Source: an uncultured delta proteobacterium
Lineage (GTDB): Bacteria; Desulfobacterota; Syntrophia; Syntrophales; Smithellaceae
Reading direction: 5' to 3'
NCBI GenBank assembly: GCA_963753975.1
Contig: CAVWEH010000005.1
Span: 56,938 to 120,937, forward strand
Length of the DNA: 64,000 nt
In this document: piece by piece, positions 48,322 through 58,616 of the stretch
Position numbering within the stretch: position 1 is the stretch's first letter
Layout of the letters: each line of letters starts with the position of its first letter
Notes under the pieces: generated by a model
What the model saw: the letters and a program-made list of their open reading frames with translations, nothing else
What the model was told of the DNA's origin: nothing
Databases searched by the model: none
Position numbers and translations under genes: made by a program

Positions 48322-49506
48322 ATGAAAGAAATTGTTATTGTCGCCGGTGTTCGAACCGCTGTCGGCCGTATGGGAGGAACAATCGCACGTTACCGGCCGG
48401 AGGAATTAGGTGCTTTTGCCTTAAGGGGGCTTGTAGACAAAACCGGAATCGATCCTAATATCATCGAAGATGTAGTGATGGGACTTTCCAATTCCTGGCA
48501 TTCAGCCTACAACCCGGCCCGGTGGGCCGTTCTCAAGGCGGGGTTTCCTTACAGTCTTCCGGGTGTAACGGTGGAACGCCAATGTTCTTCGGGATTGCAA
48601 GCAATCAATTTCGCGGCCACTCAAATTATGGCCGGCCTCGGCGATATTTATATCGCCGGAGGCATGGAAAGCTGGAGCCAGTGCCCCTGGATGATCGGCC
48701 GGGCCAGCGAAGCCTACAGCATGACTCCGCCGAGAATCCTGCCGCGGGAAACAGCGCCGACGCCGGAAGATCAGATGGTCATGGGTATGACTGCCGAAAA
48801 CCTCGTCGTTAAATACAAAGTCACCCGTGAGGAGCAAGACGCCTTCGGCCTGAGAAGTCAGGAGAGGGCTCTCAAAGCGATAAAGGCGGGATATTTTAAG
48901 GATGAGATTATTCCCATCACGGTTCCGCAGAAAAAGGGCGAGATTGTCTTTGATACGGATGAACATCCACGGGAAACGAGCATGGAAAAGCTCCGGGCCC
49001 TGCCGCCTGCTTTCAAGAAGGATGGAACGGTCACGGCTGGCTCCTCGTCCGGCCGCAACGACGCTGCTGCTGCGGTTTTAGTCATGACCATGGAAAAGGC
49101 CAAAGAACTCGGTTACAAACCGCTCGCCCGCTGGGTTACATGCGGAGTGGCCGGCGTTGACCCCAAAATCATGGGAATCGGCCCGGCTTACGCAATGCCC
49201 AAGGCATTGAAACGGGCAGGTCTGAAAATGACGGATATGGATGTCATCGAAATTAACGAGGCTTTTGCTGCTCAAGTCATTGCCTGCGTCAAAGAGTTGA
49301 AAACACAGGGGCATCCCATTGCTGATGAAAAACTCAATCCTAACGGCGGGGCGATTGCCTTCGGTCATCCCAATGGTATGAGCGGGACACGTATTGCAAT
49401 ATTCGCCATCAACGAGTTGAAGCGGCGCAAAGGAAAATACGCCATCGCTTCTCTCTGCATCGGCGGCGGTCAGGGTTTGGCCACGATTTTCGAGAGGCTT
49501 TCCTGA
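48322..49506 (+). CDS. acetyl-CoA C-acetyltransferase (thiolase II)
   Basis: It has the active-site region VERQCSSGLQAI, NGGAIAFGHP and CIGGGQG. Confidence 0.9.
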   Translation: MKEIVIVAGVRTAVGRMGGTIARYRPEELGAFALRGLVDKTGIDPNIIEDVVMGLSNSWHSAYNPARWAVLKAGFPYSLPGVTVERQCSSGLQAINFAATQIMAGLGDIYIAGGMESWSQCPWMIGRASEAYSMTPPRILPRETAPTPEDQMVMGMTAENLVVKYKVTREEQDAFGLRSQERALKAIKAGYFKDEIIPITVPQKKGEIVFDTDEHPRETSMEKLRALPPAFKKDGTVTAGSSSGRNDAAAAVLVMTMEKAKELGYKPLARWVTCGVAGVDPKIMGIGPAYAMPKALKRAGLKMTDMDVIEINEAFAAQVIACVKELKTQGHPIADEKLNPNGGAIAFGHPNGMSGTRIAIFAINELKRRKGKYAIASLCIGGGQGLATIFERLS

Positions 49507-49600
49507 AAATCTACCTGAACCATGTAAAGACGATCAGTAGTGTATCGTTGATATCGGAACCGATACATTTACTGTGATAATAATTTACAAAAACGATGTT

Positions 49601-49633
49601 TAATGCTCCCCGCGGATTTGTCGCGGGGAGCAT
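49601..49633. terminator. 13-bp GC-rich hairpin between the convergent thiolase and MaoC genes
   Basis: AATGCTCCCCGCG-GATTTGT-CGCGGGGAGCATT. There is no clear U-tract on either side. Confidence 0.45.
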
Positions 49634-49643
49634 TAAATCTATT

Positions 49644-50102
49644 TTAGAAGAATAACATGGACAGCGCTTCGGCTATGCATGCCGGTTTATCCTGACCTTT
49701 GATTTCAATTGTGTGGGTAGTGATCATGAGGATTCTGCCGGGCCCTTTTTCTTCCACGGCGGAGATAACCATCCGGGAGCGCACCTGTGAACCAACCGGA
49801 ACGGGATTGATGAAGCGTACCTTGTTCAGGCCGTAATTAATCCCCATCTTCAGGCCTTCCGGCAGATATTTAGCCGATTTACTGAATATCGGAATCAGCG
49901 AAAGCGTCAAAAATCCATGGCCGATGGGACCGCCGAAAGGACCCTTCTTCGCTTTTTCGATATCCACATGGATCCACTGATGGTCGTCCGTGGCGTCGGC
50001 AAACCGGTTGATTCTGTCCTGGTCAATTAACACCCAGTTGCTGATACCGTTTTCCTGGCCGACCATTGTTTTTAATTTTTCCGCAGATATTAGTTCAGAC
50101 AT
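49644..50102 (-). CDS. MaoC-like (R)-specific enoyl-CoA hydratase (hotdog fold)
   Basis: It has FADATDDHQWIHVD and GGPIGHGFLTLS. Confidence 0.85.
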   Translation of the reverse strand: MSELISAEKLKTMVGQENGISNWVLIDQDRINRFADATDDHQWIHVDIEKAKKGPFGGPIGHGFLTLSLIPIFSKSAKYLPEGLKMGINYGLNKVRFINPVPVGSQVRSRMVISAVEEKGPGRILMITTHTIEIKGQDKPACIAEALSMLFF

Positions 50103-50194
50103 TTTAAAATTCTCCTTTTGTTATATAGATTAATTAATCATAGATAGATAAATCATCAATAAAAATTATTTGAATCGTTTTTCTTGCAACTAAA

Positions 50195-51169
50195 TTAATA
50201 ATTCAATACCCAAAGAGGTTTTTCACCCTTCATCACCCGTCCCAAATTATCCAGCGACATGTTAATAATGCGCATTCCTGATTCCCTGGTAGAGCCGGCT
50301 AGATGAGGAGTTAGGATAACATTTTCCAAACCAAAGAGCGGATGATTCGCAGGCGGCGGCTCCTCGGTAAAGACGTCCACGGCGGCAAAGGCAATTTTCT
50401 TGCCGCGTAAAGCCTCCGCCAAAGCGGCTTCATCCACCAACGCCCCGCGTCCCACGTTGATGAGCACCGCGGTGGATTTCATTAGCGCCAGCTTCGCCGT
50501 ATCAATAATTTTTGTGGTCTCGGCAGTGAGCGGCAGGTGGAGGCTCACCACATCGGCAGTTTTCAGAATTTCTTCCATAGACGCGTAAGCGGCATTGTAC
50601 TTTTTCTCGTCCGCGGCGCTGAGCCTGACAATGTCGTAATAGAGCAGTTTGACTCCGAAGGGCGCGAGGCGTTCGGCTACGGCGCGGGCTGTGCGGCCCA
50701 TACCCAAAAGTCCATAGGTTTTGCCGTTCAGTTCGAATACGCCCGTCCTTTGAGCTTCAGTAAAAAGCCACGCGCCCTGATGAGTTTTGGCGTTATAATA
50801 GGGCAGGTTTTTCAGAGAGGCCAAAGCCAGCATTATCGTATGTTCGGCCACGCCGATATCGTTTGCTCCCGGCGTGTTGGCGACTGGTATACCGAATTCC
50901 TTACAGGCATTAATATCAATATGGTTATAACCCACGCTCGGTTGTTGGATGAGCTTGAGTTTCTTGGCTGCCTTAGCAACCCTGCGGGTGATAGCTGTAG
51001 ATCCTGTATAGTCACCCAGGAGGATATCAGCATCGGCAATTTCCGCCATAAGCTTTTCCTCAGTAAATTTATGGACGTCTATAACGGTAAATGGAATTCC
51101 CGCAACTTTAGTCTCGATAAGGCTTTTCAAGCCGGTGCCGGACAGGGGGGCGGTATTGAGTATTTTCAT
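50195..51169 (-). CDS. D-isomer-specific 2-hydroxyacid dehydrogenase (PGDH-like)
   Basis: It has the NAD motif GLLGMGRTARAVAERL, NVGRGALVDE and TPHLAGST. Confidence 0.85.
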   Translation of the reverse strand: MKILNTAPLSGTGLKSLIETKVAGIPFTVIDVHKFTEEKLMAEIADADILLGDYTGSTAITRRVAKAAKKLKLIQQPSVGYNHIDINACKEFGIPVANTPGANDIGVAEHTIMLALASLKNLPYYNAKTHQGAWLFTEAQRTGVFELNGKTYGLLGMGRTARAVAERLAPFGVKLLYYDIVRLSAADEKKYNAAYASMEEILKTADVVSLHLPLTAETTKIIDTAKLALMKSTAVLINVGRGALVDEAALAEALRGKKIAFAAVDVFTEEPPPANHPLFGLENVILTPHLAGSTRESGMRIINMSLDNLGRVMKGEKPLWVLNY

Positions 51170-51270
51170 ATATCCTCTTCAATTTTCTTATTCATGAGGC
51201 TAAAATTTCAAAAACGAAATGCATCAGGATACACCTTGGCCATGAACCATCTTTTACTTTCCCTAAACCA

Positions 51271-51288
51271 TTGACAATTGAATGTCAA
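51271..51288. promoter_or_regulatory. operator-like inverted repeat TTGACA-N6-TGTCAA in a divergent promoter region
   Basis: TTGACAATTGAATGTCAA is read directly. It lies between divergent genes starting at 51169 (-) and 51447 (+). No regulator gene is adjacent. Confidence 0.3.
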
Positions 51289-51446
51289 TATGTGAGAATT
51301 TTTTTACTGCTATTCGGCGTGCACCGAACTGTTTAGATAAAGGGTGAGTAAATCTTTCGGTGAAAGACGCTTAGCAAAAAGATCTTATCACACATAAAAA
51401 TGAATTATAATACCTAAAACAAGTTTTTACTCATCTGAGGAATACT

Positions 51447-53000
51447 ATGAACGGTGCGGAGATAATTTTGCAGACGGCCAGAGACGACGGAGTCGAAATA
51501 TGTTTTGCCAACGCGGGAACAACCGAGTTGCCGTTGGTGGCGGCATTTGATACTGTAAGCGGCATTCGCCCTGTCCTTGGCCTTTTTGAGGGTGTTTGCA
51601 CGGGAGCAGCCGACGGCTATGGCCGGATGACACAGACACCTGCCATGACCTTGCTGCATCTTGGCCCGGGATTTGCCAACGGCATTGCCAATCTGCACAA
51701 CGCCCGCCGCGCGCGGACACCGATTTTCAACATCATCGGCCAACATGCTTCCTGGCATCTGGCGGCGGATCCTCCTTTAAATATGGATATCGCCTCGCTC
51801 GCAAAAACAGTATCCGGATGGCAGAGAAAGAGTCGTTCTGTAAATGCATTGGCGCAGGATACGGCAGATGCGGTGGCCGCATCGCTTTATGGACAGATAT
51901 CCACGATCATCGTTCCCACAGATTATCAGTGGTCCGAGTACGAAGGGAAAAGTGTTAAAATGCCGCATTTTGAATTTGCTGGGGCTGATCAAAAGAAAAT
52001 TGAAGCAGCCGCAAAACTGCTGAAAAAATCAACCAAACCGGCGCTAATCCTGGGCGGGCGGGCATTGCGCAAACCAGGCCTCGCCACAGCGGCAAAAATC
52101 AAAGCGGCCACGGGTTGTGATCTTTTGATGGTCACCTTCCCGGCTTATTTTGACAGCGGCGAAGGTTTCCCGTTATTAAAACGCATTCCCTATTTTCCCG
52201 AACAGGCATCAGCCCTGCTGGGTAAATATGACTCGTTTATTCTGGCTGGAGCCGAAGAGCCGGTTGCCTTTTTCGGATACAAAGGGGGGAAGAGTCATTA
52301 TCTCGCCGACAGCCAGAAATGGGTTAGGATTGATACGGAAAAACAGGATGCGACCGCCGCGCTTCTTGCCCTGGCCGAAGATTTAAGCGCTTCCTTAAGT
52401 AAGATTAATGTCCATTCTATACTGGCAAAATATGAATTGCCGGAAATCCCTTCCGGAGCATTAGACTCCCGGAAATTATGCGCAGTGATTGCCGCTCTGC
52501 AGCCGGACAATTGTATTATTGTAGATGAAGGCGTTACTTCGTCAGCGCCATACTATTCATTAGCTCCGATGCTAAAACCTTACAGCCATCTTACTCTGAC
52601 CGGCGGCGCAATAGGACAAGGTATGCCCTGCGCCCTGGGAGCGGCACTGGCCTGTCCCGACAGAAAAGTGATCAATATCGAGGCCGACGGAAGCGCCATG
52701 TACACTGTGCAGGCTCTGTGGTCGCAAGCTCATGAAAAAGCAAATGTGATTACCCTGATTTGCTCGAATCGCAAATATTTTACGATTGAATATGAATGCT
52801 TGAGGGCCGGATATTCGTCTTTAGGGAAAGAAGCCAAAGCCCTAATAAATCTGGATAATCCTCCGCTTGATTGGGTTAAACTCGGCCACGGAATGAATGT
52901 TTCCGCCGTATCCGTGAATACCGCGGAAGAATTAGCGAAAGAATTGAAAGCGGCTTTGAATGAATCCGGTCCCCACTTAATTGAAGCCGTTCTCGGGTAA
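51447..53000 (+). CDS. thiamine-diphosphate-dependent enzyme (acetolactate synthase large-subunit-like)
   Basis: It has the N-terminal TPP-Pyr region NAGTTELPLV and the C-terminal TPP motif GAIGQGMP...EADGSAMYT...NR. Confidence 0.8.
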   Translation: MNGAEIILQTARDDGVEICFANAGTTELPLVAAFDTVSGIRPVLGLFEGVCTGAADGYGRMTQTPAMTLLHLGPGFANGIANLHNARRARTPIFNIIGQHASWHLAADPPLNMDIASLAKTVSGWQRKSRSVNALAQDTADAVAASLYGQISTIIVPTDYQWSEYEGKSVKMPHFEFAGADQKKIEAAAKLLKKSTKPALILGGRALRKPGLATAAKIKAATGCDLLMVTFPAYFDSGEGFPLLKRIPYFPEQASALLGKYDSFILAGAEEPVAFFGYKGGKSHYLADSQKWVRIDTEKQDATAALLALAEDLSASLSKINVHSILAKYELPEIPSGALDSRKLCAVIAALQPDNCIIVDEGVTSSAPYYSLAPMLKPYSHLTLTGGAIGQGMPCALGAALACPDRKVINIEADGSAMYTVQALWSQAHEKANVITLICSNRKYFTIEYECLRAGYSSLGKEAKALINLDNPPLDWVKLGHGMNVSAVSVNTAEELAKELKAALNESGPHLIEAVLG

Positions 53001-53025
53001 TAACAACCGAAGGAGGAATCAACCA

Positions 53026-54024
53026 ATGTCACTTCCCGCCAACATGAAATATATTGACCATGGCCAGGGCGGCCCGGCCTCGAGCCTTAAGGTAAAAGAG
53101 GGACCCCTGCCGCAGCTCCAATCCGGCGAGGTATTGATCGAAGTCGCTTACGCCGGAGTGAACCGGCCTGATTTATTGCAGCGTGCCGGAGCTTATCCTC
53201 CCCCTGCCGGAGCTTCGCCTGTTTTGGGGTTAGAAGTGGCCGGAAAGATAGTTGACAAAGCTATCGATGTTAAACAATGGAAAATAGACGATGTAGTCTG
53301 TGCGCTCACGCCGGGCGGCGGCTATGCCGAATATTGCGCGGCACCATCTTCTAATTGTCTGCCGATTCCTAAGGGTCTTTCGCTTGCCGAAGCGGCGGCA
53401 TTGCCGGAAAATTATTTCACCGTTTGGACAAACGTGTTCGATCGCGGTCGTCTCACCGCAGGAGAAAAATTTCTTGTGCATGGCGGTGCGGGCGGCATCG
53501 GCATTACGGCGATTCAACTGGCCAAAGCCTTCGGCGCAAAGGTTTATACGACTGTCACCGGCACGGACAAAATTGACGCAGTTAAAAAGCTCGGTGCCGA
53601 TGAGGCAATTGATTACAAGAAGCAGGATTGGTATCAAGAAATACGCAAGCTCGCCGGAAAGCAGGGCTTGGACTGCATCCTGGATATGGTCGGCGGAGAA
53701 TACATCGGAAAAAATCTTAAGCTTCTTACAACCAACGGAAGACTGGTGCAAATTGCCTTCATGCAAGGCTCCAAGGTCGAACTCGACTGCCTGCCCATTT
53801 TAACCAGAAGTCTGACCTTTACCGGTTCAACACTGCGGCCGCGGTCGATCGAAGAAAAAGCGGCCATCGCGCAAGCACTCTTGAAAAATGTCTGGCCGCT
53901 TCTGGAAGCCAAGAAAGTGGGCACTTTAATCTACAAAGTTTATCCTCTTCAGGAAGCTCGAAAAGCGCATGAGCTAATGGAATCTTCCGCCCATATTGGC
54001 AAAATAGTGCTGAAAGTAATATGA
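53026..54024 (+). CDS. NAD(P)H:quinone oxidoreductase (medium-chain dehydrogenase/reductase, PIG3/Qor-like)
   Basis: It has GVNRPDLLQRAG, VHGGAGGIGITAIQLAK and GKIVLKV. ATG 53026 follows GGAGGAA. Confidence 0.85.
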   Translation: MSLPANMKYIDHGQGGPASSLKVKEGPLPQLQSGEVLIEVAYAGVNRPDLLQRAGAYPPPAGASPVLGLEVAGKIVDKAIDVKQWKIDDVVCALTPGGGYAEYCAAPSSNCLPIPKGLSLAEAAALPENYFTVWTNVFDRGRLTAGEKFLVHGGAGGIGITAIQLAKAFGAKVYTTVTGTDKIDAVKKLGADEAIDYKKQDWYQEIRKLAGKQGLDCILDMVGGEYIGKNLKLLTTNGRLVQIAFMQGSKVELDCLPILTRSLTFTGSTLRPRSIEEKAAIAQALLKNVWPLLEAKKVGTLIYKVYPLQEARKAHELMESSAHIGKIVLKVI

Positions 54025-54878
54025 GCAAAACCGGCAAATCAGCGTTGGTCGTGGAAGGTGGAGGGATGAGGAGCATCTTTGCCGCGGGAGTTCTTCATGC
54101 CTTTGGCGAGGCCGGTTTTGATCCTTTCGATTTATATATTGGCGTTTCCGCAGGCGCTTGCCACCTGGCTTCTCATTTAGCCGGTCAGAATAACCGGAAT
54201 TTCGATATCACTCTTCAATACTCACTGACATCCGATTTCATCAATATTAGACGATTTCTCAGCGGTGGCCATTTGATGGATCTGGATTGGATGTGGAAAC
54301 AAACCATCGCCAACTACCGGCTTAATCTCGCCTGCTTATTTAGCAGATTACGCACACAGAATAAGGAATATATTGTCGTTGCCACGTCAATGGAAACAGG
54401 CAATGCTCTTTATTTACGGCCCGATGAAAATACCTTGGAACACTACTTAAAAGTTTCCAGTTCCATACCAATCTTTTACCGGAACATTCTGGAAGTAGAA
54501 GGCGAAAAGGCTACGGACGGCGGCATTGCCGATGCTATCCCGGTGCGGGAAGCGAACAGGCGCGGCGCAACCGAGATCACAGTCATCCGTTCGCGTCCAA
54601 CGGACTATGTCAAGAAACAGAGCCCGTTCACCTTTATTTTGTCTATTTATTTTAGAAAATATCCGCAGCTTGTGGAAAAATTCAGAAAGCGGGCGCGTAA
54701 CTACATGGCTTCCGTGGATTTCATCCATCACCCGCCGGAAGGTGTCCGGATAACTGAACTTGCCCCGCCTAATGGCACAGGCATCGGCAGGACGACGCAA
54801 AATGAAACCGTACTCAGAGCTACCTACCAAATAGGCATTGATTCCGGCAACAGGTTCTTAAAAAAGAAACCGAAATAG
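54021..54878 (+). CDS. patatin-like phospholipase
   Basis: It has the oxyanion motif VVEGGGMRS, the GxSxG motif GVSAGA and the catalytic DGG (TDGGIAD). Confidence 0.85.
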   Translation: MSKTGKSALVVEGGGMRSIFAAGVLHAFGEAGFDPFDLYIGVSAGACHLASHLAGQNNRNFDITLQYSLTSDFINIRRFLSGGHLMDLDWMWKQTIANYRLNLACLFSRLRTQNKEYIVVATSMETGNALYLRPDENTLEHYLKVSSSIPIFYRNILEVEGEKATDGGIADAIPVREANRRGATEITVIRSRPTDYVKKQSPFTFILSIYFRKYPQLVEKFRKRARNYMASVDFIHHPPEGVRITELAPPNGTGIGRTTQNETVLRATYQIGIDSGNRFLKKKPK

Positions 54879-54981
54879 CTTAACTTCTGATTCAGCCCCC
54901 TTCTTTACTTCATGAACGCGATCTTCTCCATAATGTGTCAAGTCCCGATAACGGTAATGAGGCACAGATTAAAGAGAACCA

Positions 54982-55845
54982 TTAAGATAAAACTACTTCG
55001 TCAAAGGTACCGTCGGCAAAATCCAAAAAAATAAGACGGTTTCTTATCGGGCTTCCGATCCCGGTGATTATTTTGATTGCTTCCTGCGCTTCCCAGGCGG
55101 CGATTACCGCCGGCGTCGCCGCGGGATTGCCCGTCCGAGCTTCTATTCCGCAGACGTTTTCTTTAGCGGAGGAGCCGCAGAGAGCATCAAATCCTTTATC
55201 CCCCGGAAAGACGGTCAACAGCTCCCCGCACCAACCCGCTATCGCACCATGAACAAAGGGAATATTTAGTTTCTCGCAGGCACCGGCAACAATCCGGCGG
55301 GTCGGCAGATTATCCAACCCGTCGATTACAACATTGGCATCTTTTATCAATTTCTCAGCATTCCGCGAATCGATTTTTTTGTTGATGGCGGTAACTGTTA
55401 CGGCGGAATTGATTTTTCTTACCCGGGCCGCTGCAACTTGCACCTTGGATTTGCTCAGATCACTCTCTGTGACCATTATTTGTCTGTTGAGATTGTTTTC
55501 CGTAAACTTGTCATTATCTATGATTACCAACTGACCGATTCCCTGCCGGGCGAGCAATTCTATTATCGTTCCCCCCAGGCCGCCTACACCGCAGACGACA
55601 ACCGTGGAGCGAAGCAGTTTTAACTGCCCCTCTATGCCAATTGTTCCGATGTTACGTATGTACCTAATGGGAATTATATTTTGTTTAAGACAGGAAATTT
55701 CGATCTCCCGCGAGGGAATTCTTCTTCTAGAGGAAATAAAGCGAACGCTCTTCAGGTCAATAACCCGTTTTTTTTTCTTGTCGGGCAACGTCCAACTTTT
55801 GCACAGCCCGCGAATCAAATTATCGATGGATTGACCTGTAGCCAT
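54982..55845 (-). CDS. ThiF/MoeB/HesA-family E1-like adenylyltransferase
   Basis: It has VVVCGVGGLGGTIIELLARQGIGQLVIIDNDKFTENNLNRQ. Confidence 0.8.
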   Translation of the reverse strand: MATGQSIDNLIRGLCKSWTLPDKKKKRVIDLKSVRFISSRRRIPSREIEISCLKQNIIPIRYIRNIGTIGIEGQLKLLRSTVVVCGVGGLGGTIIELLARQGIGQLVIIDNDKFTENNLNRQIMVTESDLSKSKVQVAAARVRKINSAVTVTAINKKIDSRNAEKLIKDANVVIDGLDNLPTRRIVAGACEKLNIPFVHGAIAGWCGELLTVFPGDKGFDALCGSSAKENVCGIEARTGNPAATPAVIAAWEAQEAIKIITGIGSPIRNRLIFLDFADGTFDEVVLS

Positions 55846-56005
55846 ATCGCTAATGAATTCAAAAAAATTGAAAATTCCGGTTCAGCCGTCTTTTACCCCG
55901 TCAGAGAAAGCCCCCAACTCCTGTTGGGGGTTAAAGTCCTGTAAGACAGACGGCAGTTTGATGCCGCCCTCTAAAACCGCAAAGCGCCCGTTGCTCTAAC
56001 GGGGT

Positions 56006-56374
56006 TTACTTTTTTTCCGTAAAAAATGTCGTTGCCCCCGTAAACCAGAGCGCTTGCTTATCATCACCTTCGAAAACAAGTTTTCCTTCAAAAAGAGCGT
56101 CCATGGATTTATTGAGGTCTTCCGATGCCATGATCTTGAAAGCGGTATCGGCATCCTTCCAGACCATAGCCACGTCAAATTGTTTTTGATCACCGCCGGA
56201 CACCGATGAAAATTTTCCATTGTCGAAAATAAATAATCTTCCCCTTTTACCGTCGGCCGTTTTAATTAATACTTTTGTTTTTTCTTTTCTAATATATTCC
56301 TGGAATTCCGGATTCTTTTTGGATGCGCCTTTAAGCTTGCGATACAGAATAAAAAGCAGCAGCGTAAATTTCAT
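56006..56374 (-). CDS. SCP2-like small protein with an N-terminal hydrophobic anchor
   Basis: It has MKFTLLLFILY and then FKIMASEDLNKSMDALFEGKLVFEGD, a sterol-carrier-like tail. The call is tentative. Confidence 0.5.
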   Translation of the reverse strand: MKFTLLLFILYRKLKGASKKNPEFQEYIRKEKTKVLIKTADGKRGRLFIFDNGKFSSVSGGDQKQFDVAMVWKDADTAFKIMASEDLNKSMDALFEGKLVFEGDDKQALWFTGATTFFTEKK

Positions 56375-56390
56375 ATATATACCTCCTTCT

Positions 56391-56675
56391 TCAGCCGCCG
56401 GCGACTCGGGGCAAGAGATCGAGCTTGTCGCCGTCCTTAAAATTTATTTTTTTCAATAGCTTTATGTTTGTGCCGTTGAGCAGGATATTACTGTTATCCC
56501 AAATTGATTGTTTTTTGCCGACTCCCATGGACATAATCTTTTTCTCGAGCACGGGTCCGAATTTAGTCTCGACAAAGTTTCTGGCTTCGTCAATACTGCC
56601 CACATCGGCGGTCACGGTTCGCCTCCCCAGTAAAGTCCGCCATGGTCCGATGAAGTTGATGTTAATTGCCGGCAA
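56391..56675 (-). CDS. MoaD/ThiS-family ubiquitin-like protein (C-terminal GG)
   Basis: It is 94 aa, ends ...LLPRVAGG and lies directly downstream of the second AOR. Confidence 0.7.
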   Translation of the reverse strand: MPAININFIGPWRTLLGRRTVTADVGSIDEARNFVETKFGPVLEKKIMSMGVGKKQSIWDNSNILLNGTNIKLLKKINFKDGDKLDLLPRVAGG

Positions 56676-56739
56676 ATGAGTTACCCATTAATAACGGCAT
56701 CCCGAGATCCTCTGCTGCCCCGCTAATTCTATGCCGCAG

Positions 56740-58587
56740 CTATTCCGCCCCGATGGATGCGGCGATTTCCGGCATACCCAGATTCTCCAATCTCTTTTTT
56801 GACGGTTTGCCGGTAATTTTGTTCCAGTCTCTGACGGCATAGTACTCCGGAAGCATCTTTTCCATGTTCGGTACATGGCCTTCCTGCCCGCCGTCGGGAA
56901 TCGGCCTCATGGCCAGTTCCGGTATCACGTCATCTTTCGAAGTAATTCCGAGCTTGCAGGACAGCGCTCTCTGCAGCTGGAAGGTGCGCTCTCCGGCCTT
57001 TAATAACTCATCCATGGTCGTATTCCAGCCCGTGGAAGCATTAATCATGTCGATAAGTAAATTGAACGGTATTATGGCAAAGTGACAAATTCCCAGTGAA
57101 TCGGTTAAAGTTCGGAAATTCTGGCCTTTGGCGACACCGGCAGCTTTATCATCGGCCCAGCGGTCGGTTATTTCGATTTCCACATCTGGATGGCCTGTCC
57201 CACTGTCCACCTGATAGGCGTCATTCTTATTATGATCAGCGCCGCGCGGAGCCGTTGCATAAACAAGGCCCATCGAATGATAAGCCCGCGGATCGTGCAT
57301 GGGAAATTCCAATCCCTTGCATTGGACGGCTTCTCCCGGCGGCCGGCCGTACTTTTGCGCCATCTTCTTTGTTCCGGAGACGAGCACTGCGCCGAAGCCC
57401 TGGTTTTTAGCAATCAGATGCGCAAGCTCAATTGCCGCATCGGTATTACCCCATGTTAGTTTCAATCCGCCGGTATCTTTCTCCGAAATTACTCCGAGGC
57501 TATAGAGATAAAACGCATAGCCGACACTGGCGCCGCTGCTTATCGTGTCGAATCCATAAGCGTTGCATAATTCGTTAAAATATACTGCCATCGACATATC
57601 CAGATCCAATCCCATCATCGCGCCCCAGGCTATCAAGGTTTCATATTCCGGCCCTTCGACCCTGTCATACAGGTGCTTCCCTTCTTTGATCTGGAGAATC
57701 TTGCGGCAGCGTATCGGGCAGCCGTAACAGGCGGTGCTGTCCGTTTGATATTTTTCCAACTGTTCAGCGCCGCTTATTCTTGTCGATTCCGGCAAAGTGG
57801 GGGCGGTGTAGTATTTGGTAGGACCGTCGCCGTAGGAAATGGCCGAATCAATCCATCCGGCCGTACCGGTCTGGTGCATGATCATCGATAAAAAACCTTC
57901 TTTGACTTCAGTCATCGCGCGGCGCGAGACCTCGCGGAATTTCTCCGGATCAGCCATCGGCAGTTTCATCTTGCCGCGTACCGCGATCGCCTTAACCTTC
58001 TTGGAGCCCATAACACAGCCCAATCCGGCTCGGCCGAGGCAGTGTCCATATTCGGTCATGATATTGCCGTAGGGGACAAGATTCTCGGAAGCGGGACCGA
58101 TGCAGGCAACCTGCACACGATTATCGTTATATTCTTTTTTGATTTCTTCCTGAGTTTTGTAGGTATCTTTCCCCCACAAGTGGCTAGCGTCTTTAATTTC
58201 TGCTTTGCCGTCTTTGATATAAATATATACGGGTTTGGCGGAGATGCCTTTAAGGATTATGCCGTCGTAACCGGCATTCTTGAACTCCGCGCCGAACCAG
58301 GCTCCGGCATTGGCGTCGCCGTAATGCCCCGTGTAGGGGGACTTAGTAGCGCCGCCCCAGCGGCTGACACTGGGCCCGCTGGTGCCGTTCAAGAGACCAG
58401 GCATAAGGATAAGGGGATTATCCGGACCCAGCGGATCGGTTTTATCATCAACCATGTTGTAGAGGTAACGCGCGGCGAGCCCCGTGCTGCCGATAAAATC
58501 GCGTGCGTATTTTTCATTCAGGGGTTCATCCTGGAGTTTTCCCTGCGTAAGATCAGCAACTAATATCTTACCATGATATCCATTCAT
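56740..58587 (-). CDS. aor: aldehyde:ferredoxin oxidoreductase (tungsten AOR family), paralogue 2
   Basis: It has MNGYHGKILVADLTQGK, CYGCPIRC and YATAPRGADH. Confidence 0.9.
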   Translation of the reverse strand: MNGYHGKILVADLTQGKLQDEPLNEKYARDFIGSTGLAARYLYNMVDDKTDPLGPDNPLILMPGLLNGTSGPSVSRWGGATKSPYTGHYGDANAGAWFGAEFKNAGYDGIILKGISAKPVYIYIKDGKAEIKDASHLWGKDTYKTQEEIKKEYNDNRVQVACIGPASENLVPYGNIMTEYGHCLGRAGLGCVMGSKKVKAIAVRGKMKLPMADPEKFREVSRRAMTEVKEGFLSMIMHQTGTAGWIDSAISYGDGPTKYYTAPTLPESTRISGAEQLEKYQTDSTACYGCPIRCRKILQIKEGKHLYDRVEGPEYETLIAWGAMMGLDLDMSMAVYFNELCNAYGFDTISSGASVGYAFYLYSLGVISEKDTGGLKLTWGNTDAAIELAHLIAKNQGFGAVLVSGTKKMAQKYGRPPGEAVQCKGLEFPMHDPRAYHSMGLVYATAPRGADHNKNDAYQVDSGTGHPDVEIEITDRWADDKAAGVAKGQNFRTLTDSLGICHFAIIPFNLLIDMINASTGWNTTMDELLKAGERTFQLQRALSCKLGITSKDDVIPELAMRPIPDGGQEGHVPNMEKMLPEYYAVRDWNKITGKPSKKRLENLGMPEIAASIGAE

Positions 58588-58616
58588 GATCTCCTCCTGT
58601 ATGTTTCTTTGTTCGT

